Notes under the pieces: model-generated
Told to the model about the DNA's origin: nothing
Database searches by the model: none
The model's input: the letters and a program-made list of their open reading frames with translations, nothing else
DNA from: a virus
Lineage: Duplodnaviria > Caudoviricetes
Virus record (IMG/VR): IMGVR_UViG_3300034095_001474
Location: 128,001 to 192,000 of that record
Strand: one strand, 5' to 3'
DNA length: 64,000 nucleotides
In this document: piece by piece, positions 1 to 9,848 of the stretch
Layout of the letters: every line of letters starts with the position of its first letter
How positions within the stretch are numbered: position 1 is the stretch's first letter
Program-made: the position numbers and the translations under genes

Positions 1-486
1 TATGAATCCTTTTTGTGGTGAAAAATTCATTGGATTATAAATAGTTGGTGTTGTTGTAACACCAACACATTCTAGTATTTCAAAAAAATCTTCTTTATGT
101 TTAATTTGTCCTTTTAAATCTTTTAAAATTTGTGCATCAATTTCTTTGGCTATCTCATCACTTAATATTTTAATAAGTTCAGCTTCAGCATCCATTACAC
201 CATACCTTTGTAAATCAGTGATTTTATCAAATGACCATGTAGCTAGTAATTTTCTAGAACCTAATGAAAGATTATATGCGTTTTCATCATAACCCTTTGA
301 ATAATACCAATCTTTTAAAGTATCATGAGTAAAATCTACATCATGACAAAATATCTTAACTAAATATTCTAGTAAGTTAACACCCCATTCTTGCTCATGC
401 TGTTTATTAAAGAAAATACCTTCTTTTACAAAGTAATATCTATCTAAATATTTTACGATTTCTTCTTGTCTTTCAAAATTTTCCAT
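1..486 (-). CDS. Protein carrying T4 gp23 (major capsid)-like segments; runs off the window edge
   Basis: Translated by hand, ATG at 486 and open to base 1. Contains WSFDKITDLQRYGVMDAEAELIKILSDEIAKEIDAQIL and PTIYNPMNFSPQKG, which resemble gp23 motifs (DAEAEL..IL..EI..EI; YDP.NF.P..G). Confidence 0.6.
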   Translation of the reverse strand, partial: MENFERQEEIVKYLDRYYFVKEGIFFNKQHEQEWGVNLLEYLVKIFCHDVDFTHDTLKDWYYSKGYDENAYNLSLGSRKLLATWSFDKITDLQRYGVMDAEAELIKILSDEIAKEIDAQILKDLKGQIKHKEDFFEILECVGVTTTPTIYNPMNFSPQKGFI

Positions 487-522
487 ACATAAATATAAGG
501 AAAATTTTGAAAAAATCAAGGT

Positions 523-1236
523 TTAAGCTAATCTAAGTGGTCTTAAATAATCTCTAAGAAATGCGTTGACTGGACCACCAATCTTTTCTTCCCAATGTTT
601 ATAGTTAGAAGCATTCTTTTCTTCCAATTGAGACAAAGCTTTCTCAGATGGTTTATGTCTACTATATGGTATTGTTTCTGGAACAAAGTCTGGATACAAC
701 GTTCTATTGAATACCCTTTCATCAACCAAGAACACAAAAGCTGTCAATTGGTCACCCAAATCTGGTTCATGGAACCCTTGCAGATATACACCAACTTCAT
801 GCATCGTATTCATATGAGTATTCAATGTGCCTAATCTTTCTGGGTTGTTGTTGGTAGTACCACCATTAAGAATGATAAAAGTTTTATCTTTGTCAGCCCA
901 TTTTTTATAGATTGCGTTATGTGGATTAATATCTTCAACAGTTCTACCATAATCAACAACAGCATGTCCAAATTGGATACCTTGTTGAATTGGAGACATA
1001 TTGTAAGGTACAAGACCATACATTCTATATTCCAAATACATTTCAGTTTTACGTGGCATTGAATTAGTTTTTACACGACATAACTCAATACGTCTGTAGA
1101 ATTCTTGTACATCAATTTTCTCTTCATAATAAGAGTCAGTATAAAACGCCCAATCAGTTTCCCATGATGACATATCGATTATTCTCATGTTGGCATCTAA
1201 ACACCAATCATATCCAGTTTTAAGTATTTTTTCCAT
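523..1236 (-). CDS. Pth2-fold (peptidyl-tRNA hydrolase-like) protein with an N-terminal extension
   Basis: QQGIQFGHAV...W...KTFIILNGG...FHEPDLGDQLTA follows the Q..HA / W / EPD...TA pattern of phage Pth2-like proteins. Confidence 0.55.
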   Translation of the reverse strand: MEKILKTGYDWCLDANMRIIDMSSWETDWAFYTDSYYEEKIDVQEFYRRIELCRVKTNSMPRKTEMYLEYRMYGLVPYNMSPIQQGIQFGHAVVDYGRTVEDINPHNAIYKKWADKDKTFIILNGGTTNNNPERLGTLNTHMNTMHEVGVYLQGFHEPDLGDQLTAFVFLVDERVFNRTLYPDFVPETIPYSRHKPSEKALSQLEEKNASNYKHWEEKIGGPVNAFLRDYLRPLRLA

Positions 1237-2543
1237 TAGTTTCCTATTTCAATTAAGTGTGATATAGTACATTGTTCTGCTCTATATATAATATATTCGT
1301 TATTTCTTAAATCAGCACCACCTTTAGCAAACACACTGTTATAACCTTCATTGTCCATTACTTTTTGTGATAATTTATAACAGCTAGAATCGTGATGCAG
1401 TATTTCTTTTTCTTTCCCTAAATGAACATCATACAATGCCAAATAAGCTTTATTGTCACCACCATTAGCCCAATAAGAACCTCTCAATGATGAGTAACCA
1501 ATTGATTTCTGTGCTTTATCAGCAAAATAGATACCATCACCAAACATTGAACCAGTATGTACTGCACCAGAAGGTCTGATAAGCAATCCACTTTGCATAA
1601 TGTTAAACCAGTTCTCATTTCTGGAACCATGCCAGTAAAGTCTTTTCTTTTTAACGTCAGCTTTCTCCAAGTTTTTATCAAATTTAACTTGTGTTTTGTT
1701 ATTTCTAACTTTGAACACTTTTTTGATTTGATTAACATTTGAACCCATCAATTTTTTAATAAGTGCTAACATTTCAGTATCGTTTTCAACTTCAACTGTT
1801 AATCCCATTTGGTCAAGGATAGTTACATCTTCAACAACTTCTTCTTCACCTTTGGCTTCAGCTTCAGCAGCTTTTTTAGCAGCATCTCTTTGTTGTTTAA
1901 TCAACTCAACTTGTCCAGCCATCGTATCCAATGCTGATTGTTCATTATCAATCAACCTTTGAGCACTAGTCAAACTACCATCATCCTCAATACCACTAAA
2001 CAAGTAGTCTTTAACATTATCCATTCTTCTTGGGATAATAGTATATAATTTCAATAACATATCATTGATATGTTTGATATCAACACCTATTTGTATCAAC
2101 CCACTAATATTGGTAATAACCTCTTGTGCAGCTCTTACTTGTTGTTCAGATACAGCTTCTTGAGTTACCTTATAGTTTCTTTGGATTGATTTGTTAGCAA
2201 ATGACATTAAATCATCAATCAATTTCTTAACAATATCATCTTTTATGTTCTCAACCTTGTTATCCAATGGTTTTGATTCATCAATAACTGGTTCAGCTAG
2301 TAAATCAGTAACATCAGTATAACCTTTTGTTTTGGATAATTTCTGTTTCAACACACTATCCCACTTGCTGCTAGGTTTATATTCTTCAACCAAAGACTTA
2401 CCAACACGTCCATATTCACATTTGATACGTCCATCTGTCAATTCCTCCATAATATAAACCTTGTTACTGTTTCCAGTACTGCCATTATCCACTGATACGT
2501 GGATAAGTTTGGCATATCTTAAACCATTTTCCTTTGTTATCAT
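1236..2543 (-). CDS. Poly(ADP-ribose) polymerase-like protein (WGR + regulatory helical + catalytic domains)
   Basis: N-terminal CEYGRVG (WGR-like). Catalytic H-Y-E triad motifs: YWHGSR, MFGDGIYFADKAQKSIGY, NNEYIIY. Confidence 0.9.
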   Translation of the reverse strand: MITKENGLRYAKLIHVSVDNGSTGNSNKVYIMEELTDGRIKCEYGRVGKSLVEEYKPSSKWDSVLKQKLSKTKGYTDVTDLLAEPVIDESKPLDNKVENIKDDIVKKLIDDLMSFANKSIQRNYKVTQEAVSEQQVRAAQEVITNISGLIQIGVDIKHINDMLLKLYTIIPRRMDNVKDYLFSGIEDDGSLTSAQRLIDNEQSALDTMAGQVELIKQQRDAAKKAAEAEAKGEEEVVEDVTILDQMGLTVEVENDTEMLALIKKLMGSNVNQIKKVFKVRNNKTQVKFDKNLEKADVKKKRLYWHGSRNENWFNIMQSGLLIRPSGAVHTGSMFGDGIYFADKAQKSIGYSSLRGSYWANGGDNKAYLALYDVHLGKEKEILHHDSSCYKLSQKVMDNEGYNSVFAKGGADLRNNEYIIYRAEQCTISHLIEIGN

Positions 2544-2564
2544 AATAAAACCATTTTAATAATA

Positions 2565-2595
2565 CAAATGTAGCATTATTTTTTTAATAAAACAA
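2565..2595 (-). promoter_or_regulatory. Bacteroidota sigmaA-type promoter (TTG-N20-TACATTTG) upstream of the PARP gene
   Basis: Minus strand reads TTG at 2595-2593 and TACATTTG at 2572-2565, 20 nt apart. Confidence 0.75.
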
Positions 2596-2600
2596 ATTTT

Positions 2601-3089
2601 TTAGAATAAATCGTCTAAATTTTCTGGTGCATCAGCGACTACATGTTTTTTCCACCAAGTTTTTAGCTTTCTTTTCATTTTAATTCTGAAAATATACCAA
2701 CTCCATGCTATGTTAGCTACTTTTCTACCTAACCAAGTATAGTTTGCGAAACCTTCTTCATCATATTCGTATTCAGCACATGGATATGGTCTACCACGTT
2801 CATCTAAATACTGCCAATAACCTTCTTCCTTGGTAATAGCACCTTCATAATCATCAGCTTCTTTCTCAACCCATCTCCAATCTTTACCTTCCACACCCTC
2901 TGGTTCATCAGTAGGTAATCCTTCTTGAGGTAACCCATAGTTCCAATTGCATGAACATCCTACATCTTCTGGTGATGAAATACAATCATCACAGATATAA
3001 GGACTATCACCGTTGGCATAACCTGGCATGTATACCCATACAGCCATTTTACCACAGTCACATTTCTTTTTACCACGCTCTAGTATCAT
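2601..3089 (-). CDS. Hypothetical protein, Cys-rich N-terminus
   Basis: 162-aa ORF in operon orientation, with CDCG and CDDC motifs. Confidence 0.6.
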   Translation of the reverse strand: MILERGKKKCDCGKMAVWVYMPGYANGDSPYICDDCISSPEDVGCSCNWNYGLPQEGLPTDEPEGVEGKDWRWVEKEADDYEGAITKEEGYWQYLDERGRPYPCAEYEYDEEGFANYTWLGRKVANIAWSWYIFRIKMKRKLKTWWKKHVVADAPENLDDLF

Positions 3090-3273
3090 CTTTGAATAGA
3101 TTTGGGTTATTCAACACAAAATTAAAGAAAACTGTTTGTAAACGTGTATCTACCATGAAACCATTCACGTATACAACACCATTTAGTATCTCAATTTCTT
3201 GACCAGCTGGTAATGACATATCTTTGCCAACTTCAGCAGCTTTTAACAGCTTATAAACTCCATTTTTTAACAT
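3070..3273 (-). CDS. Hypothetical protein
   Basis: 67-aa ORF overlapping both neighbours in operon fashion. Confidence 0.55.
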   Translation of the reverse strand: MLKNGVYKLLKAAEVGKDMSLPAGQEIEILNGVVYVNGFMVDTRLQTVFFNFVLNNPNLFKDDTRAW

Positions 3274-4331
3274 ACTATAGTCAATTTAAAGAACATCTCT
3301 CTTACTTTTGTAGAGATGTATTTATTTACTTCTTTTGGTTCTACTTGGTTCTCAACCATAGTATCCATTTCTTCTTTGATAACGTCATTTACAACCCATC
3401 TAATAACATCACCCATCTTTTTAACATCGATTGGTTCTTGGTTAGGAAAAACGTTTTCCAATGCTTGATTAAAACGACTTTCTGTTACAGCGTAATCAAC
3501 AAACTTTTGAATACCATTTAATTTTTCAACATTAACATTCGCAAGTGTTTTAACTTTAGAACTAGAATGTTTTTCACCTTTCACCTTGAACCTATGTGTG
3601 TTACCTTTGAAATCAGCAGTCCAAACAATACCTTCACCAATTCCAGAAAAACCAAATGCTTTAGCAACTGGACATTCTTCTTCAACTTTGATAGTCAAAT
3701 TAGATAAGTCATTTTGTACCAATTGTGGCATATTGAAATCAATATCGATTGAATACGTTGGGTAGTCTTCGATGTTGTAAATATTATCCTCTGGACTAGA
3801 CAAGTAATGAGAAGGAATCCAATATGCTGGTTTAGCTTTCAATTCTTCCTCACTAGATGTATGTGGTGTTACCTTAACACCGAAGATAAAGAAAGATTTA
3901 GGTAAATTGGTAATACCAACACCTTTTTGAATGTTTCCACCACACCATTCACCATAAATAGTAACAGTATTATGTCTTACATCAAATAAATTTAATGAAT
4001 CGATTTGATTTGCAAATTTTCTAAATGCATGTTTCTTTGATTCAACAAAAAATGCAAATCCAGCGTTGTCTTTCTCTACTGTAATAATGTTCTCACGTGA
4101 TTGAGCCCAAAATTCGCTAGAATTTTCATCATAACCATAATCAAAAGATACACCAGCGTTTGTACCATGTAACTTTACTGTACCTTTGAACGTGATAACT
4201 GGTTTTGGTAAAGTTGGGTCATAAATTGCATCACCATTCTCATCCAAACCAACAAAATTGAAATGTCTATTGACATTAGATACAACTGTTCTAAATTGTT
4301 CAATAGACGGAAATTTAATCATTTTTTTCAT
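3267..4331 (-). CDS. RNA ligase, Rnl2-like family
   Basis: Nucleotidyltransferase motifs: I KLHGTN, III YGEWCG, IIIa FFIFGV, IV EGIVW, V FKVK, plus a C-terminal helical domain. Confidence 0.85.
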   Translation of the reverse strand: MKKMIKFPSIEQFRTVVSNVNRHFNFVGLDENGDAIYDPTLPKPVITFKGTVKLHGTNAGVSFDYGYDENSSEFWAQSRENIITVEKDNAGFAFFVESKKHAFRKFANQIDSLNLFDVRHNTVTIYGEWCGGNIQKGVGITNLPKSFFIFGVKVTPHTSSEEELKAKPAYWIPSHYLSSPEDNIYNIEDYPTYSIDIDFNMPQLVQNDLSNLTIKVEEECPVAKAFGFSGIGEGIVWTADFKGNTHRFKVKGEKHSSSKVKTLANVNVEKLNGIQKFVDYAVTESRFNQALENVFPNQEPIDVKKMGDVIRWVVNDVIKEEMDTMVENQVEPKEVNKYISTKVREMFFKLTIVC

Positions 4332-4335
4332 ATCC

Positions 4336-4797
4336 TTAAAAATTAAAAGTTATACTAGGAGTAACATAATCAACACCATCCCAGTTACTAAATGAAACAC
4401 CATATCCTAGTTTCTTATGTGTATAAGAAACACCAACACCATATTCAATAAAATTATGATTAGCGTTAAAGTAACCACCATAACCTAATATGATATTTCC
4501 ATATACTTTACCAATTGGAAAAGATGGAGATACTTTGAACTCATAGAAATAGTTACTCAATACATCATCATTTCTGAATATACCATCCAAACTACCACGA
4601 CCCAATACGATTGCTACCGCAACATCATGTTTAACCAAACCAAATTCTAACGAACTATATGAACCAGTGTTGAAGTCTGTGTTGTTTGATAAGGATAATC
4701 CCCATGAAACATACTTATTTACACTACATTTTGTTGAATCTTGTGCGAAAGTGCCGATAGCCCACATACACATTACTAATACTAATACTTTTTTCAT
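4336..4797 (-). CDS. Exported, probable outer-membrane beta-barrel protein
   Basis: Signal peptide (MKKVLVLVMCMWAIGTFA), alternating beta-strand pattern and C-terminal aromatic ITFNF. Confidence 0.5.
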   Translation of the reverse strand: MKKVLVLVMCMWAIGTFAQDSTKCSVNKYVSWGLSLSNNTDFNTGSYSSLEFGLVKHDVAVAIVLGRGSLDGIFRNDDVLSNYFYEFKVSPSFPIGKVYGNIILGYGGYFNANHNFIEYGVGVSYTHKKLGYGVSFSNWDGVDYVTPSITFNF

Positions 4798-4809
4798 TTC
4801 TTTTTTACT

Positions 4810-6207
4810 TTAAACTGTTAAACCTATTGCCGCATTTTGTATTTCAATACACTCGTCAAGTGAGTTAGCCTCTAATTTATCATCTCTGAAGTGTTTGAAT
4901 GCTGGATATAACAATGAATAAGCACCAGTACTATCAAAAGATAACCCAGAACACTTAACTTCGATAATAGTACCTAGTAATTTTTCTTGATTTTCTGTTA
5001 TTTCAACCATCAAATCTTCTTTTAACCCTTGTGGTCTTGTTTTTAACTTACCACATGATGTCTCAACCTTCAATGAACTAACAACATTTTCATTTTTAGT
5101 ACCTTTTGTACCGTAATTGAATCCAGTAATCACTAAATCTAGTGTTAATTCTAGTTTCATTTTGATTTGCCATGTCGGTTTACCATCTTTCCACTCACCA
5201 TTATATGCTTTTAAGATAGTTCCTTCATCACCACGAGCCAAAATATCTTGGAAATGTGAAATTGCTTCCTCATAATTACTAACAATTTTACCTTCAACGA
5301 TAGAAACGTGTGATGTTTCGATACTTTTAAGTGATTTATTCAACTCAATAGCACGAGCACTATATGGTATAATAGATTTTGCATCAAAATACTCATAAGT
5401 AGTGATTCTATCCCATACAGTATAGCGAATTTTAGCTAACGCTTCATAAAAGTTACCATGTTTTTCTTCAAACGCTGCTAATTTCTTCTCATTTTCTTTA
5501 TCTGTACGTTCAGATTTGTTCTTAGAGATGTCAATTATAGATGCAATGATACCATTTGACTCATAACGAGTGATACCGTCCATAGTTAACTCCCCATTCA
5601 ACACACAATCCTCAAGTTGTGCAAGTTCTTCTACGAATTTAGCACCAGTAACGATAGTAGGCTCACCTTGTCTAGACTCTAACTCAACTTCACCACCTAT
5701 AATAACAGCGTTGCAGTAACGACCATCCATTTTTACTTGTGAAATACATTTAGCACCTTTGTCAAACAATTTACGTGCTTTCTTTTCATCAAAAGATACT
5801 GCACCCATGTATGGAGTTTCTTCAATCAACCCTTTGAACACTTTGTTCATAAAAGTTGTACCCATACCAATCTTGCAATCTTTATCGATAATACGTTCAA
5901 CGATATATGCATCATCTGGTTCTAAACTAGCCAATACATCACGTAATAGATTTGATGCATCAGCACCAGTTACTACTCTGTTGGCAATTGAACGTAATTG
6001 TTCAACAGCATATACTAAATCATTGGTTTGCTCTGTATTTCTAGTATACTCTGGAATACGTTTTATAAAAAACTTAATTCGTTTAGAGTTAGCCATATAC
6101 AATACAACCTCTAACAGTTCGTTGTCTACATACTTTCTAAGAACATCCATCTTAGCATTGTTACCACCAGTGGTAGCAATTTCGTCAAAAATTTCTTTAA
6201 TTTTCAT
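4810..6207 (-). CDS. ATP-dependent DNA ligase (T4 gp30-like)
   Basis: KMDGRY adenylation motif, LNGEL, EGTILK, IKMK and a C-terminal OB domain (PAFKHFRDDK). Confidence 0.92.
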   Translation of the reverse strand: MKIKEIFDEIATTGGNNAKMDVLRKYVDNELLEVVLYMANSKRIKFFIKRIPEYTRNTEQTNDLVYAVEQLRSIANRVVTGADASNLLRDVLASLEPDDAYIVERIIDKDCKIGMGTTFMNKVFKGLIEETPYMGAVSFDEKKARKLFDKGAKCISQVKMDGRYCNAVIIGGEVELESRQGEPTIVTGAKFVEELAQLEDCVLNGELTMDGITRYESNGIIASIIDISKNKSERTDKENEKKLAAFEEKHGNFYEALAKIRYTVWDRITTYEYFDAKSIIPYSARAIELNKSLKSIETSHVSIVEGKIVSNYEEAISHFQDILARGDEGTILKAYNGEWKDGKPTWQIKMKLELTLDLVITGFNYGTKGTKNENVVSSLKVETSCGKLKTRPQGLKEDLMVEITENQEKLLGTIIEVKCSGLSFDSTGAYSLLYPAFKHFRDDKLEANSLDECIEIQNAAIGLTV

Positions 6208-6240
6208 ATTTTTTTATTTTGATATTACAAATGTACAAAA

Positions 6241-6750
6241 TTAAATTGAATCTACCAAAGCTAATTTCAATAAACTTTCCAAATAACCCCACATTTTTTT
6301 TGCAGAGTCTGGTGTATTCAAATACAACGTATCTTTAAACTCTTGGTATTCAGCAGCGTACATATCAATTTTACCACCATGTTCAATATTAGCAATTCTA
6401 TCACCTAATTTCAAAATGATAGCATCTGGGTTACTAGCAGTCTTAGGAAGAGTTTTGGTTTTCTTCTCTGCTCTATTTCTACCCAACTCGTCAGTAACAC
6501 AATAAACCATCTCAGCTATTTCTACACCAAAATGTCTTTTAATCTTGTTGAAAGATATTGCTCCATCCTCTATACTATCATGTAGGTATCCAGCAATTAT
6601 GAATTTGCCACTAAAACCAAATCTTTTCAATACTTCAACAACATCATCCAAGTGTTTCTCATATGGGTAAATTTCATCATATGATTGTGATGCGTGTAAC
6701 TTAACAGCAACCATTCTTGCTTCTTTGTAATCTTTCTCTGTATACATCAT
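6241..6750 (-). CDS. HD-domain (p)ppGpp hydrolase-like protein (SAH/Mesh1 type)
   Basis: PYEKHL...LHDSIED...VTDE...KLGDRIAN matches the RelA/SpoT hydrolase-domain motifs. Confidence 0.85.
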   Translation of the reverse strand: MMYTEKDYKEARMVAVKLHASQSYDEIYPYEKHLDDVVEVLKRFGFSGKFIIAGYLHDSIEDGAISFNKIKRHFGVEIAEMVYCVTDELGRNRAEKKTKTLPKTASNPDAIILKLGDRIANIEHGGKIDMYAAEYQEFKDTLYLNTPDSAKKMWGYLESLLKLALVDSI

Positions 6751-7157
6751 AACTCTTTTGTTTTTATTTTATTTTCTCTTTCTTCTGCATGCTTATCACA
6801 CAGTGTTTTCATCCAACCACCTTTTCTTCGTTCACCTTCTTCACCACATTCCTCACAAATAGAATATGACATTTGTTCATATGTCAATATTACTTCTCTC
6901 ATCTCTTGTGTTGTATTTTTAATAAAAAAACAAAGACCACCAAACTTCTCTTTCGATTGAATCATGTGTCTATCCCAACCCAACGATATAAGTTCGTCTA
7001 TAAGGTTCTTTAGCAACTCAAACCAACCTTCACCAACACCAAACATATATGGATTGGTAGAGGTAAGACTTTTCCAATCATAAACACCGTCAATGGATAC
7101 TAGATACTCTTCAAATTCTTCTTTATTCATCTTTCGTAGGTATTTCTTTAACTTCAT
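6747..7157 (-). CDS. Conserved phage hypothetical protein with C-terminal CxxC...C-x-x-H
   Basis: GWFELL...KEKFGGL...ICEECGEEG...GWMKTLCDKH is a pattern often seen in large phages. Confidence 0.65.
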   Translation of the reverse strand: MKLKKYLRKMNKEEFEEYLVSIDGVYDWKSLTSTNPYMFGVGEGWFELLKNLIDELISLGWDRHMIQSKEKFGGLCFFIKNTTQEMREVILTYEQMSYSICEECGEEGERRKGGWMKTLCDKHAEERENKIKTKEL

Positions 7158-7314
7158 ATTGAGGATGGTCCTCTGATATTTGTCTTATTGTTATCTTACC
7201 ACTCATATCAACACCAAATGAGTCTTGATTAATATAACAGTCACCATATTGGTCAAAGAAGTATTGTTTTGTAACTTCTCTTTTATTGATTTTATCCCAA
7301 AGTATCTTTCTCAT
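7123..7314 (-). CDS. Hypothetical protein
   Basis: 63-aa ORF coupled to both neighbours. Confidence 0.5.
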   Translation of the reverse strand: MRKILWDKINKREVTKQYFFDQYGDCYINQDSFGVDMSGKITIRQISEDHPQYEVKEIPTKDE

Positions 7315-7315
7315 T

Positions 7316-7630
7316 TTACCAAGTTATTGAGGAGTAAGAACCATCACGTTGGTCACCAGTATATTTGGTAACTTTAAAACCACGTTTTTCTAATTCTTGT
7401 TTGGTTAAATCATTAATATAAGCAGTAACAGTTGTGCTAAAGTTATTCAATTTAACAGCACTTTTAATACTGTCTAAACACATGTTTATCTCTTTCTCTA
7501 TTTTCTCCCCAAGAATATTCTCAGCAGTTTTTCTAGCCCAATCCGCTGTTATTTCACTATTATCCATCTTTTTTTCTTTTTCTACATGAAATATTTGGTA
7601 CCCTTCTGGTCCACCGTCTATTAATACCAT
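7316..7630 (-). CDS. Hypothetical protein
   Basis: The ATG at 7630 follows the ligase stop codon by 1 nt. Confidence 0.55.
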   Translation of the reverse strand: MVLIDGGPEGYQIFHVEKEKKMDNSEITADWARKTAENILGEKIEKEINMCLDSIKSAVKLNNFSTTVTAYINDLTKQELEKRGFKVTKYTGDQRDGSYSSITW

Positions 7631-7631
7631 C

Positions 7632-8756
7632 TTACAACATTTTATATAATAATTTATCATCGTATTCAAACATAAAGTCTTCAACGCTATTTATTTTGTA
7701 TTGAGCCAATCCGAAATACAATCCAGTGAATTGTTTTACTTCATATTTATCACATACTTCAAATACAGCAGCTGCATACTTTTTTTGTTCTTCTTTTGTG
7801 ATGTTTTTTGGTCTAAGCAATTGTAACTCAACCCAAATAACGTTCAACTTACCAACCAACTCATCGTATCCTTCTTTAAGACGATATAGTTCTTCTGTTC
7901 TTTCTGGGAAAGTAGCAGCAAACTCTTCTATCTCGTTGGTTTTTACGATTGTTAATATGTTGTGTTCAGCAGTTTTACCTTTTAAGTGGTGAACTGCAAC
8001 ATAAGCTGGGTTTTTCACCTTCACACGATTGTCGTTACCATCACGTACTACATATCCTTCTTCAGACCATGGCATGTTTTCAAATGTTTTCAACAAGTGA
8101 CCAACATTTGATGCGTTGATATCAAAAGACTTTACCAATGGTATACCTATTGACACAGCAGCCATTTCTAAGTCTTTTCCAGAAAACTCAACTAGTGTTT
8201 CTCTGTCTCTCACAGTCAATAGTGTTGCTGATGATTCACCATGTGGTTTTACCACTATGTTGTATGGTGTAGTCAACTCAAATACGTATATAAGGTCTTT
8301 GTTCAGTAAACATTCATTGAATGTGTATTTGTTATTTACAGTTTCCCAAAACAAGTCATTAAATGTTGTTCCGTTTTTGTTGTTCACTTCACCTTCACCT
8401 TCAGCAGTACCAGTAGTAGCTGCAAACCATTTTTCTTCATACCAATCCCAATAGACTTGTATCATAGTACCATCCAATTTTTCAAGTACATGTGCAGTAT
8501 TCCAATCTATCTTTGCAGCGTTTCCTTCTTCAGAATTGAAGAATTTACGGAATGCCAACGACATTACGTTCCAAGTATTTTTTTCAAGGATAATTCCACG
8601 ACAATCTTGCATTTCTGGCAAGGCCATAAGTGTTGGTGACACCAATTGGTCATACTTAAAAAGTATTTTACCATCATACTCTCTAGTTTTTAAACTAAAA
8701 GCTTTGATTGTTTTTTCTAATCCGTGTTTTATTAAGTAATTTTGTATCGCTAACAT
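7632..8756 (-). CDS. RNA ligase 1 (T4 Rnl1-like)
   Basis: CRGIILE, FRKFFN, EKLDGTMI (motif I), YVFEL, EGYVV, RVKVKN. Start moved to ATG 8756. Confidence 0.88.
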   Translation of the reverse strand: MLAIQNYLIKHGLEKTIKAFSLKTREYDGKILFKYDQLVSPTLMALPEMQDCRGIILEKNTWNVMSLAFRKFFNSEEGNAAKIDWNTAHVLEKLDGTMIQVYWDWYEEKWFAATTGTAEGEGEVNNKNGTTFNDLFWETVNNKYTFNECLLNKDLIYVFELTTPYNIVVKPHGESSATLLTVRDRETLVEFSGKDLEMAAVSIGIPLVKSFDINASNVGHLLKTFENMPWSEEGYVVRDGNDNRVKVKNPAYVAVHHLKGKTAEHNILTIVKTNEIEEFAATFPERTEELYRLKEGYDELVGKLNVIWVELQLLRPKNITKEEQKKYAAAVFEVCDKYEVKQFTGLYFGLAQYKINSVEDFMFEYDDKLLYKML

Positions 8757-8816
8757 AATATAATTTTTTAATGTTAGACAAAAGTACAAAATAAAAATGA
8801 AATAACAAAATAAAAC

Positions 8817-9158
8817 TTAATTTATTTTGTTATCGTCATCATCTTTCTTTAAATCGTTGATTCTTTTGATGTATTCGTCATATGATGTTTCTTCACTAGC
8901 TTTCTTTATCATTTCAGTAAACAAACCACCTTCAGCTTCTAACCCATCTAAAATACTTCTAGCTGAGAACATTGAGCATAAATCAGAGAATTTGTTGATA
9001 TCGTCATTTTCACCCAATAGTAACCCACTCATAAAAATAAGTATTGTACCTATTTGTGATATCGAAATATCATTTTTCTGTTCTCCTTCTAAAATGAGTG
9101 ATTGACCCATCTGCATAAATTTTGCACTTAAATCTAAGTGTCTATTAATATTTTCCAT
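8817..9158 (-). CDS. Hypothetical protein
   Basis: Acidic ORF in the same orientation as its neighbours. Confidence 0.5.
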   Translation of the reverse strand: MENINRHLDLSAKFMQMGQSLILEGEQKNDISISQIGTILIFMSGLLLGENDDINKFSDLCSMFSARSILDGLEAEGGLFTEMIKKASEETSYDEYIKRINDLKKDDDDNKIN

Positions 9159-9194
9159 AAAACAATTTTTTAACAAATTTACTTAAACTTTTTC

Positions 9195-9830
9195 TTACTT
9201 GCAATAATAACTTGTATCAATTCTGATAGTAACACCATATTTTCTTGACAATGCATCAAATCTAGCATCTAACTTCTTGTCAGAACCAAAAGTTTCTTCC
9301 AACTCACCACTTTCATCAACAAAATAAACAACATATGAATTATCACCCCAAGATTTTCTAACAAACTCAACTTTAAGTTCACCTTTGAAATGTTCATCAA
9401 TAACTTTAGAAACATCTTCTTTGATTGCCATAACATCTACATTGTATTTGTAAGCAATTTTCATATCATTCAATGATTCAGATACCAATTTGTTATATTT
9501 ACCAAATCTACCATTTACCAATACTTCCATTGGTTGCCATTTAACCACATGTGGTTCATTGTGTTCTATGGTACCAGAATATTCTGCCAAATAAGTATAA
9601 CCCATAAAACCATCTTTATGTATCGCAAAGATTAACCTTAAATCTGTGATATCCAATCCAGTTTCTTCTTTTGTTTCTCTGATAGCCGTTATTTTTGGGT
9701 CATCATTATCTTCTGGGTCCATCTTACCTCCAGGTAAACCAAAATCATTATGGTCATCTTTTCTTGACACACCCAGAACATACCCTTCTGGGTTTATCAA
9801 TATCACTTGTGCTGATTTATTCACTATCAT
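9195..9830 (-). CDS. NUDIX hydrolase
   Basis: Nudix box GLPGGKMDPED...AIRETKEETGL. Confidence 0.9.
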   Translation of the reverse strand: MIVNKSAQVILINPEGYVLGVSRKDDHNDFGLPGGKMDPEDNDDPKITAIRETKEETGLDITDLRLIFAIHKDGFMGYTYLAEYSGTIEHNEPHVVKWQPMEVLVNGRFGKYNKLVSESLNDMKIAYKYNVDVMAIKEDVSKVIDEHFKGELKVEFVRKSWGDNSYVVYFVDESGELEETFGSDKKLDARFDALSRKYGVTIRIDTSYYCK

Positions 9831-9848
9831 ATTTACTTATTTTTTTTT

